64,000 bases of DNA from Antedon mediterranea (lineage: Eukaryota; Animalia; Echinodermata), in the NCBI RefSeq assembly GCF_964355755.1, contig NC_092676.1, forward strand, positions 30,150,871 through 30,214,870, given 5' to 3'. Both the position numbers and the translations under genes were made by a program. Below, one piece after another: positions 1-10,231 of this stretch. The notes below the pieces were generated by a model, which was not told the DNA's origin, searched no databases, and worked only from the letters and a program-made list of their open reading frames with translations. Each line of letters begins with the position of its first letter. Positions within the stretch are counted from its first letter, which is position 1.

Positions 1-270
1 TGATTTTGTACCTCCGTTCTTGGATTGTGAGGTATAACATTAGATTTTGTACCTCCGTGCTTGGATTGTGAGTGTCTCGTTAATAGAGGTTCTACAAAGA
101 TAGATGATGATGCGGCTGTTTTTTACAAAACTATAATGTGTAAATTAAGTTATTATTTTTATACCATGATGTTATATATTACATTGATTATGGGACCTTA
201 AGTACGAAAATCTAATAGAAAGAGATAACATTATAGATTTTATTGAATCATTAAATGAGTTTGTAACTAA

Positions 271-400
271 AGCTCTGTCTACACCATCAAACTTTATGTG
301 ACAAAAAAATGTAATGTGCCCATATATGGACATGGTGATGTCATATCACTACCATATTTGTGTACATCACACTATATTTTGTGTAGTGTCGACAGAGCTT
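271..400. mobile_element. MITE family B, representative copy (TIR AGCTCTGTCTACACTATCAAAC)
   Basis: Fold-back ~130-160-bp element flanked by TAA/TTA. Related full or partial copies near 13990-14082, 15268-15380, 19510-19650, 19685-19810, 30465-30545, 54837-54938, 58840-58955 and 60985-61035. Confidence 0.8.
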
Positions 401-768
401 AAGATATACAGTAATACAGTACATGATATTTATTAACAAATCAAAATATATACTTTTTAGAGACTATGTATATGTTAAGGAAATGTTTACTTTAAGTTAC
501 AAACCAATGTATAAAATATTGTAATTTTTGTGTAGTATTGCATTGTTGTATTGAGCTGCACTAAATAAATCAATGGCTAATAATAATAATATTTATTTGT
601 TTATAAGCATATTTCAATAACTATTTCCATAATTACATAGTTAAGCACTAACATTGTGTAAGTAAAATAATGTTGGTTGTTAATGGAGTTATACCTCCAT
701 GGTTGGTTGAATAAGAGATATATATTATCTATATACTGTATGTCTCTGGTTAGTTGTATGGTATATTG

Positions 769-3700
769 CTACATCTTGTTGAGTGGTTTTAGACCGAGTA
801 CTTTCATACCGGTACTAAGAATGTCCTGAGAATGGTTGAAGAGGAGCAACCTAGCCTGTAAAAGAAAATTATAGAAAAATCATGTTTATGGAAACAATGA
901 TCACGAATAATATAAGTAGTTCTTTGATAGTAAACCAATAAAACTTACGTTGGCAAGACAGTTTCGTCTAGCTGTCAGCTTGACTTCTTCAGTTGCTATG
1001 ATGCGTTATGGCGCCGATTGGTCTCCTTTCCAGCCACTAGATGATTTTGTTGTGTAGCCTAGGGGACCAGTCGTCGTCAGAAGCTGATCGTAAATGTGAG
1101 ATAGTTGGTGCGCGCCTTCGTCTCTATTCATCTTTGTATTTTTATTTTGCTTTCTTATGCTGATGCTTTCTTTAATTTTACGTTTAAGCCAAACTTGTTC
1201 TTTGTGTAGTACCTCTATCTTATCCCAGTTAGGTATGTGGTTGGTGTGGTCATATGGTCCGTGATTGCTGATTTATGTAAAATGGAGGACGAAACTTTCC
1301 GTGATGCACGCGTCTGCATGTTCTGTGTGTTTTCCTCAACATCTTTCTTGTGCTCTTTAATTCTGGTTTTGAGTGCCCTACCCGTTTCCCCAATGTACAC
1401 CATCTCACAGTTGGTGCACCCCACTTTGTAGACGACACCACAGGAATCCTCTTTGCATGCTTTATCTTTCGGTCGGACGATTAAGTTTTTAATTTTGTTA
1501 GATGGTTTAAAGTATGTTCGTATGTTATATTTTTTAAATGTTCTCTTGATTTTCTCTGACAGGCCTTGAATATATGGGATGGATATCGACCCTCTTATAT
1601 CTTCTGTTTCGGGTTGTTTGTCCGTTTTTTGTTTTTCTAGGTTACGTTGTACCTTTCTAATCGTCCATGTAGGGTAGTTGCATTGTTTAAGTGAAGTATG
1701 TATCATCTCAGTTTCGTTCTGTTTGTCTGGATTATTTGTGATTATCGTGTTACATCTGTGTAGAAGTGTGCGGATAACGGATAACTTGTGTTGTAGAGGA
1801 TGATGTGAGTTAAAGTCCAAGTATTGATTTGTGTGGGTGGCTTTCCTAAAAACTTTAGTGTTGATGTTGCCTTCCCCATCAACTAAAATTAGCGTATCCA
1901 AGAATGGGATAGAGTTGTCTGTTAAGGACATTTCTTCGCAAGTGAAATTAATGTCATCATCGATTTTGTTTAAGTGTTGTAATAATGGTTGTGTCGCATC
2001 CTTGGGAATTATTGTTATAATGTCATCTACATACCTTTTCCACATCCTCGGTTTTATGTCGGTGTGAGCTGTAGTTATTGCCTCATTTTCCAGCCATTCC
2101 ATAAATAAATTCGCAACAATCGGAGAACATGGACTACCCATGGCCATACCTGAATTTTGCTGGTAGATATCCCCTCTGAAGCTGAAATATGTGGTGGTGA
2201 GGACCAATTGAAGCAATTCCATAATGTCGTTGATATGTAACCACGTTCTCTCTGATAGTTGTTTATCACAGTGTAAGCGTTCTTCAATTATTTTGAGGGA
2301 CTTGTTGACTGGTGTTTTGGTAAATAATGACACTACATCATAAGAGACCAATGTTTCATTTGGCTGTAACTTAATGTCCTTTATGTCATTGACAAATTCA
2401 AGCGAATTGGTAACATGATGGATGCTGTTTCCAACTAGTGGTACGAGAATGTCGGCTAAGCTTCGTGACAAATTGTACATAATGGATCCCGTATAATCGA
2501 CTATGGGACGTAACGGATTATTCATTTTATGGATTTTTGGTGTGCAGTAAATTCTTGGTGTGATGTCCGACGTGGGGTACAAGTAGTGTTTTTGTTTGAC
2601 AGTGATTTTCTTTTCTTTGAGGAGTCTCGTGATTACAGTGATAAGTTTTTTCTTGTAGGATGAGGTAGGATTTTTCTTTAATAGCGTGTATGTATCAGTA
2701 TCTGAAAGCATGTTTCTCACTTTCTCATCATATTCTTTAGTGTTCAGAATTACTGTGGCCCTACCTTTATCGGCCGGTAATACCATAATGGTTTTATCTT
2801 TCGCGATGTTGTTCAAAGCCTGCATCTCTTCCTTGGTTACATTCGGAGTCGGAGGTTTAGTAGATTTAATTAGGCTTACCATCTTCCCTCGAAGTTGATC
2901 TTTTTCTATTTCCGGTAAAAGATTGCATGCTGATTCCGTGGCAACGATCAGTTCTTCAGTAGGGTGGTTAGGTTTCGTAATCGCGTAGTTTAAACCTTTG
3001 GTAAGTACATAGTTCTCAGTATGTGTTAGCCGTCTGTTGGATAAGTTAATAACCCACTTTTTTCGTTGTGATCCTGTAGATTGCAAACCATCTGTATTCT
3101 TTTTGTCCCTTATGTTCAATTGTATATCTAACTTATTGATGTGAATGTCTTTAGTTTTCTTAAATTCCGATTCGCGTATGTTTGCAAAATGGTGTGTTAT
3201 AGTTGCTTTATCATCTAGGTCAACAATGTTGCAAATCTTTTCTTCAATACGTTTGAATTCTTCATTTAAGTTTTTAATCTTGTTGGTCGTATTTCTAATC
3301 CTTTCCCCTACTAATCCTTTTTGTGCTTTCTTAATTATGTCATATCCTTTCTTCGTTTTTAGCGGGAAGTTCAGTCGTAGACTTCGCGGAGTGATATCTT
3401 CTTGTTTACACCTTAATGTGAATGTTCTATGGTTACGAAAACGCGCGATCTTTTTTCCAACAATTTCTCCCTTTCTGAGTAATCGGACCAAATCTTGTCC
3501 ATATTTCTCTCTCAATAATGAAAACATTTCTTCTGGTTTCGATTCGTATAATAATATAAGTAGTTCTTTGATAGTAAACCAATAAAACTTACGTTGGCAA
3601 GACAGTTTCGTCTAGCTGTCAGCTTGACTTCTTCAGTTGCTATGATGCGTTATGGCGCCGATTGGTCTCCTTTCCAGCCACTAGATGATTTTGTTGTGTA

Positions 3701-6700
3701 GCCTAGGGGACCAGTCGTCGTCAGAAGCTGATCGTAAATGTGAGAAAAGAAAGAAAAGAAAATCACTGTCAAACAAAAACACTACTTGTACCCCACGTCG
3801 GACATCACACCAAGAATTTACTGCACACCAAAAATCCATAAAATGAATAATCCGTTACGTCCCATAGTCGATTATACGGGATCCATTATGTACAATTTGT
3901 CACGAAGCTTAGCCGACATTCTCGTACCACTAGTTGGAAACAGCATCCATCATGTTACCAATTCGCTTGAATTTGTCAATGACATAAAGGACATTAAGTT
4001 ACAGCCAAATGAAACATTGGTCTCTTATGATGTAGTGTCATTATTTACCAAAACACCAGTCAACAAGTCCCTCAAAATAATTGAAGAACGCTTACACTGT
4101 GATAAACAACTATCAGAGAGAACGTGGTTACATATCAACGACATTATGGAATTGCTTCAATTGGTCCTCACCACCACATATTTCAGCTTCAGAGGGGATA
4201 TCTACCAGCAAAATTCAGGTATGGCCATGGGTAGTCCATGTTCTCCGATTGTTGCGAATTTATTTATGGAATGGCTGGAAAATGAGGCAATAACTACAGC
4301 TCACACCGACATAAAACCGAGGATGTGGAAAAGGTATGTAGATGACATTATAACAATAATTCCCAAGGATGCGACACAACCATTATTACAACACTTAAAC
4401 AAAATCGATGATGACATTAATTTCACTTGCGAAGAAATGTCCTTAACAGACAACTCTATCCCATTCTTGGATACGCTAATTTTAGTTGATGGGGAAGGCA
4501 ACATCAACACTAAAGTTTTTAGGAAAGCCACCCACACAAATCAATACTTGGACTTTAACTCACATCATCCTCTACAACACAAGTTATCCGTTATCCGCAC
4601 ACTTCTACACAGATGTAACACGATAATCACAAATAATCCAGACAAACAGAACGAAACTGAGATGATACATACTTCACTTAAACAATGCAACTACCCTACA
4701 TGGACGATTAGAAAGGTACAACGTAACCTAGAAAAACAAAAAACGGACAAACAACCCGAAACAGAAGATATAAGAGGGTCGATATCCATCCCATATATTC
4801 AAGGCCTGTCAGAGAAAATCAAGAGAACATTTAAAAAATATAACATACGAACATACTTTAAACCATCTAACAAAATTAAAAACTTAATCGTCCGACCGAA
4901 AGATAAAGCATGCAAAGAGGATTCCTGTGGTGTCGTCTACAAAGTGGGGTGCACCAACTGTGAGATGGTGTACATTGGGGAAACGGGTAGGGCACTCAAA
5001 ACCAGAATTAAAGAGCACAAGAAAGATGTTGAGGAAAACACACAGAACATGCAGACGCGTGCATCACGGAAAGTTTCGTCCTCCATTTTACATAAATCAG
5101 CAATCACGGACCATATGACCACACACAACCACATACCTAACTGGGATAAGATAGAGGTACTACACAAAGAACAAGTTTGGCTTAAACGTAAAATTAAAGA
5201 AAGCATCAGCATAAGAAAGCAAAATAAAAATACAAAGATGAATAGAGACGAAGGCGCGCACCAACTATCTCACATTTACGATCAGCTTCTGACGACGACT
5301 GGTCCCCTAGGCTACACAACAAAATCATCTAGTGGCTGGAAAGGAGACCAATCGGCGCCATAACGCATCATAGCAACTGAAGAAGTCAAGCTGACAGCTA
5401 GACGAAACTGTCTTGCCAACGTAAGTTTTATTGGTTTACTATCAAAGAACTACTTATATTATTATACGAATCGAAACCAGAAGAAATGTTTTCATTAATG
5501 ATCACGAAGTCTTTAATTTCAAAATCGTAAATATTTATTTAGGTTATTTCATAATAGAAAACATATGCTGCTGTAACACAGTGTTTGCACTGTATTGTCC
5601 CTTACCTCTGCAAGGTCTGTGGGAGTTCCTTTAACTTGTAATACTTTGTTAGCTATTGAGATCAGGCGGCTGAAACATTGAACAGAAAAAGGAAAATTCA
5701 CATTTGAGTCATCAAAAAGGGTAAGTAACAAAACAAACGTCTAAAGATAAATCAAATTTAATCAAATTGTAATTGGCAACTTACCAAAGTTTAAAAAGGT
5801 AATTAACAATACGACTTGCTTCATTTTCAGTGTATGCAGTTTGGATTGCTCCCTCAAACAGGGCAAGATGATGTACAAGTTGAATAGCCTCTTCTTCCAG
5901 GAGTAAATTAGTATCCGCATCTAGATTTAAAGACACACCACTCTTTCTACAAATACTAAAGAAGTAAGATATTGTAAATCAAAACGAACATTTGTAAAAA
6001 ATACACAGTAGAAATGAAATGATAAATTTGTTTAGAACCTCTTTGATTTTCTGTTAGAAGGTCTGATCATGTGTCATAGTTACTGATCATGTGACATACC
6101 TACTGATCATTAGACATAGTTACTGATCATGAGACATACATACTGATCATGAGACATACATACTGATCATGTGACATACCTGCTTAGTCTAGCATGAGTA
6201 TACTGCAGAAACACACCAGTGTCTCCTTTGGCTTGTAAGGCTCTATCCCATTCAAACCTGTAATCTGACATCAATTTAGATTTCAAATCTTGAACTATAA
6301 TAGCAGAAACGCCGAGTGTTTCAGCAACGTGTTCCTCATCAACTTCACTTTCAAATTTCTTTGTGGCTAAAATATTAAATAAATTGTTTACTAATCGTAC
6401 TGTTGAGAATGATTACATGTTCAGAAAGAAAGTTCAGTACAAATTATAAACTTTTTTGTTTTGAGTAAACATTGAAAATTAATATACGGCTTTACCACGT
6501 TGAAACACCGGTTCTCGTCAGATCACCGAAGTTAAGCAACGTTGGGCCTGGTTAGAGCTTGGATGGGAGACCATCTGGGAATAGCGGGTGCTGTATACGG
6601 AGCTGGGGTCCCATTAGGCATTTGAAATCAGCACTGCTGACTCATATGGCAGCCCCTGCATCTAGTATCTGCCTCAGACCTCTGGTCAAGGTGGGCACTG

Positions 6701-9558
6701 GACGAGAGAAGCCCTTGATCAATATCAGGACCATTCAAGGTGCTTTAAACAGTCCTGGCTTTGTTTGTATCAAACCTGTTAGTGGCGGTAATTATCGCTG
6801 TTGGTTTCAATTGAATAAAAAAAAAAAAAAAAAAAAAAAAAAATTTATAAAATGTTTCATTTCTTACTTTTAGAGGCTCTCATGTTTTGCAGCATATGTA
6901 ACTTAGCCTCTTCTATAATATCTTCCAAAAAAACCACATTGCCTTTCCGAGTGCTCATGCCGAGGACGCGTCCAAATGATACATGATGACACCTTCCAAA
7001 AAAAAAAAAAATTCTTATTGTTGTTACAGTTACTGTTCTTGTAGTCGTCTTCTACTGAAGTCACATGACCGTCATTGACGGATACTTCTCTGCTGGTGTA
7101 CTCGAGATCTACCATGCTATACATATAATTTACAATTGATTTTATTGCAAATATTAAATCAGTGCTGTATTAAATACTTCAATTGGGGAGCATCTTAGAA
7201 CACATGTTCAGCTTTTGTGATTACATTTTATTATATACCCTGACCAAAATCTGATATGTTACCATACCTATCTGACCAATCATGGCCAATCTTACTAAGC
7301 GTCTGGAACAACCCAGAAAAATGATCTGCCTGGCTTTTATCTACAACATAATACATGTTGTCAAACTCGTAACGCTTGAATCGCTCAATGGCTGCAGCTA
7401 GGTCACGAGTAATGTACAGAGATGTGCCATCACTACGAGCAAGGGTCACGAACTTTGACATGGATCCATCAGGTGAAAGGTCAATTATGTCGGTTCCATT
7501 TCTGTTATTAAAAGAAAGATAACTATTTGTAATTTCTTGCATTCATTTTGCAAATAAACCAACCAAACTCTGTGCTGTACTTACATAGCTTTTTGAAGTA
7601 TATTTGTTTCTTTGAGTTGATTCGTAAGATCTTGAGCTGCCTGGCTTTTATCTACAACATAATACATGTTGTCAAACTCGTAACGCTTGAATCGCTCAAT
7701 GGCTGCAGCTAGGTCACGAGTAATGTACAGAGATGTGCCATCACTACGAGCAAGGGTCACGAACTTTGACATGGATCCATCAGGTGAAAGGTCAATTATG
7801 TCGGTTCCATTTCTGTTATTAAAAGAAAGATAACTATTTGTAATTTCTTGCATTCATTTTGCAAATAAACCAACCAAACTCTGTGCTGTACAGATCTTAG
7901 ATTCCCCAGAATATTCATCAAATTTTATTCCTAAATGCTTTAAAAGAAAAAAACAAAAACAATTTTTTAATTTAAAATTTATAGAAAAAAGGTATTATAC
8001 GGTAGTTATAAAATATTCATCATTTGTTTTCATTTTTACCTTGTATGTGTGTGAGTAATCAGAAACACTTTGATCACGAATTTCACGCCACAAACTTAAT
8101 ATTTCTTCATCGCCATCTTCCATTTTTCTAAAGATTTCTCTTGCTTTTATTTTGAACTCTGCGTTCACTTCAGCTTCGCTGTTAGCTGCTACATAAACGT
8201 CAAATAAAGATCTTGTTGAAAAGACAGTTTGGTTTTGTTTCTTCAATCCTGCTGCTAAAATACCAAACTGGGTTCCCCAGTCACCTAGGTAATTGATACT
8301 GGTCACCTGGTGTCCAAGCAATTTATGCAAATTTGTTAAAAATTGACCTATAACTGTTGACCGCAGATGACCAGCATGAAAAGGTTTTGCAATATTTGGA
8401 GAACTGAAAGGAATAACAAATTTCACTTAAAAATGATGTTTAATAATAAATTACTAAATTAGTATTCAATTGAAAAAAATTAATAAAAGAAACGCACCAA
8501 CCTGTATTCAATTATAACTTTTTTCTTTGGCTCATTTGATCTTGGAACGCCATACTGTTGGCCAGCTGAGTTTATTTTTCCTAAAACATACTAACAACAA
8601 ATAAAAAAAAAAAAGTAAATCATGGAATTTGTCCATTTATAAATTTCCCCGGAGTTTGCTGGGGATAATAAAGTTTTATTGAATTGAATTTATAAGTTGA
8701 GTAGTTAGAAGATGAGAAGCAAAATATAAGCTCTTTTTTTCTTACCTCAACAAATCTGGATGGTTTTATCTTAAAACTAATGTGAGTTGAGTCTATAGCA
8801 ATATTCTCAATGTACTTTCCGGGATGCGTTATCTAAAAAATAAATTACAATTATTTTATCTGATTTGTTTTGGTCTTTGAAATAAAAGCAAATTCAAATT
8901 TAAGTTGTTACCTTAGCAGCAACCTTTCCAGCATATTTTATGAGTTCAGAGTCTGAGAGTACTTGACCCGGATTCTGAATATCATTTAGGGACTTGACAG
9001 ACACACTTAATTCACCTCCACACCTAACAACAAAATTAAGTAAACCAAAAATGAAATTATTAATTATTTAGTATTAAAGTTACATTATGCACAGTAGAAC
9101 TACTATTTAGGGGATCAAGTGTCCCCTTAAATGAAAAGGATTTGATATTTAATTTTCAACTGATTAATGCTATTTTGTAACATTACCTTTTCTTTAACAT
9201 AAGTTGAGGAAAATTAATCAGTGGTAGAATTTGCTCTTCTGTCAAACCTATTGCCATGGAAACCTGCAAATACAATTTCAACATAAACAATTTAATATAA
9301 AATGTTACCATTTAATCCAAATTACATATACAACATGTATCGCAAATTAGGTACCGGTAGAATCAATTCTCCTAGGCTACCACTGGATATCCTCGCAGAG
9401 ATGGTTGTAAACCGCGGAAAATATGCCTTGTACTGTGGTCAAAATATTATCACGCTTCATTGATCTTGTAAATGCATGGGCCTAGCCTTTAACTTGCTTG
9501 AAAACGACTGTGTTCTTACCTGCTTTGCTACAATTTCTCGTAATTTTTTAGTCGCCAT
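769..9558 (-). CDS. RARS2: Mitochondrial arginyl-tRNA synthetase, multi-exon span
   Basis: Exons encode [18 protein letters not shown] (HIGH-like), [42 protein letters not shown] and a C-terminus ARLLLF...[13 protein letters not shown] (stop 769-771). Start [13 protein letters not shown] at 9558; GT-AG boundaries. Confidence 0.93.
953..996 (-). ncRNA. Minimal type I hammerhead ribozyme in the 3' pLTR
   Basis: Reverse complement reads GCAA CUGAAGA AGUCAAGCUGACAGCUAGAC GAAAC U GUC UUGC: conserved core, stem I GCAA/UUGC, stem II hairpin, GUC cleavage triplet. Confidence 0.82.
1006..3527 (-). CDS. PLE reverse transcriptase-GIY-YIG endonuclease, full-length but with a 1-bp frameshift near 1243
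   Basis: [26 protein letters not shown] and [18 protein letters not shown] motifs. Comparison with the plus copy shows a 1-nt loss in a GT run that ends the ORF at 1215. Confidence 0.92.
3597..3640 (-). ncRNA. Minimal type I hammerhead ribozyme in the 5' pLTR
   Basis: Identical to 953-996. Confidence 0.82.
3786..5363 (+). CDS. PLE RT-GIY-YIG, 5'-truncated inverted copy with intact C-terminus
   Basis: Translation is identical to the minus copy over the shared region; it lacks ~315 N-terminal residues and a true ATG. Confidence 0.88.
   Translation: MYPTSDITPRIYCTPKIHKMNNPLRPIVDYTGSIMYNLSRSLADILVPLVGNSIHHVTNSLEFVNDIKDIKLQPNETLVSYDVVSLFTKTPVNKSLKIIEERLHCDKQLSERTWLHINDIMELLQLVLTTTYFSFRGDIYQQNSGMAMGSPCSPIVANLFMEWLENEAITTAHTDIKPRMWKRYVDDIITIIPKDATQPLLQHLNKIDDDINFTCEEMSLTDNSIPFLDTLILVDGEGNINTKVFRKATHTNQYLDFNSHHPLQHKLSVIRTLLHRCNTIITNNPDKQNETEMIHTSLKQCNYPTWTIRKVQRNLEKQKTDKQPETEDIRGSISIPYIQGLSEKIKRTFKKYNIRTYFKPSNKIKNLIVRPKDKACKEDSCGVVYKVGCTNCEMVYIGETGRALKTRIKEHKKDVEENTQNMQTRASRKVSSSILHKSAITDHMTTHNHIPNWDKIEVLHKEQVWLKRKIKESISIRKQNKNTKMNRDEGAHQLSHIYDQLLTTTGPLGYTTKSSSGWKGDQSAP
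5373..5416 (+). ncRNA. Minimal type I hammerhead ribozyme in the pLTR of the inverted copy
   Basis: CTGAAGA at 5377-5383, GAAAC at 5404-5408, GTC at 5410-5412, flanked by GCAA/TTGC; begins 10 nt after the ORF stop. Confidence 0.82.
6063..6180. repeat. ~20-bp tandem repeat (ACTGATCATGTGACATAC..) at a RARS2 splice donor
   Basis: About six imperfect units abutting the exon at 6180. Confidence 0.8.
6482..6843 (+). mobile_element. 5S rRNA-derived SINE (SINE3-like) in a RARS2 intron
   Basis: Bases 6482-6598 resemble metazoan 5S rRNA (TACCACGTTGAAACACCGGTTCTCGTC-GATCACCGAAGTTAAGC...CTTGGATGGG-GACC--CTGGGAATA-CGGGTGCTGTA). There is no oligo-T terminator; ~215 bp of unrelated body follow, then AATAAA and a ~27-nt poly(A). 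Confidence 0.82.
7326..7891. repeat. 255-bp direct duplication (7326-7580, 7637-7891) of a RARS2 intron plus partial exon
   Basis: Two apparently identical copies separated by 56 bp; ORFs 7231-7542 and 7581-7853 share the same peptide. Confidence 0.92.
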
Positions 9559-10231
9559 ACTATAATATTTAACAATATATCGATTACTTCAAAATCAACA
9601 ACAAATTATAATTTCTATCGTCATTTTATCGGATAACGAAGAGGATGATTCAATCCGAGATTTCTATGTTTTTGTTGACATGTGCGTTTTGTTTTGTGAG
9701 GGCGCTGTGTTGTAAATATCTGAAAAACCCCGCGAAATAATTTTTACAACACCATCACATCTGACTTTACTTGCCAGGAACGACTACATATTAATAGTAA
9801 ATATGCTACTTTATTGACACCTAATTAATATATAACTCTTTATATGATATTTATACCGATTTCTTCAATACAAATATATATCTGTAGTTTATGTAATCCT
9901 AGTGTGCATCATAAAAATGGTAACATTTTAACAACATGTTCCGTTAGGCCTGCATGATGGTGATCAATAAATGACAATCCAGAATCATGCCTGCCTGCTG
10001 GATGTGCTCGTGCTTGGTTGGTGTGAATGAGATGGTATTCGAGAAACCAGCCTAGAGAGAAACCACTACAGTTCATATATTATTATTACCTTAACTTCCG
10101 ACTAGACTAGATGATATGTTAAAAAGAATAGAAAGTCTATTAAATAAAATATTATTAATAATAATAATTAATATTATATGATTGTCACTTTATTTTAAAT
10201 TTTGGATTTTTTTATTTTTTCATTAGAAAAA
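9559..10231. promoter_or_regulatory. Putative bidirectional promoter RARS2/CHAF1B with an E2F-like site
   Basis: Divergent start codons ~670 bp apart; CCGCGAAA at 9730-9737. Confidence 0.5.

Larger units (their letters stand above)
908..5496. mobile_element. Penelope-like retroelement (Penelope/Poseidon type): full-length minus copy plus inverted 5'-truncated plus copy
   Basis: RT and GIY-YIG ORFs. Direct pLTRs at ~908-1102 and ~3550-3745, and an inverted copy at ~3751-5496. The whole unit is flanked by a 12-bp direct repeat AATGATCACGAA (896-907, 5497-5508). Confidence 0.95.

Noticed and set aside
1-201. Possible terminal exon of an upstream gene with a 42-bp duplication (DFVPPCLDCEC...)
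   Set aside because: Truncated by the window edge and not recognisable; cannot be supported.
1237-5212. Short alternative-frame and antisense ORFs within the PLE
   Set aside because: Shadow ORFs of the RT gene, duplicated because of the inversion.
6482-6598. Functional 5S rRNA gene
   Set aside because: Diverged, solitary, lacks an oligo-T terminator and is fused to a polyadenylated body, so it is treated as a SINE head.
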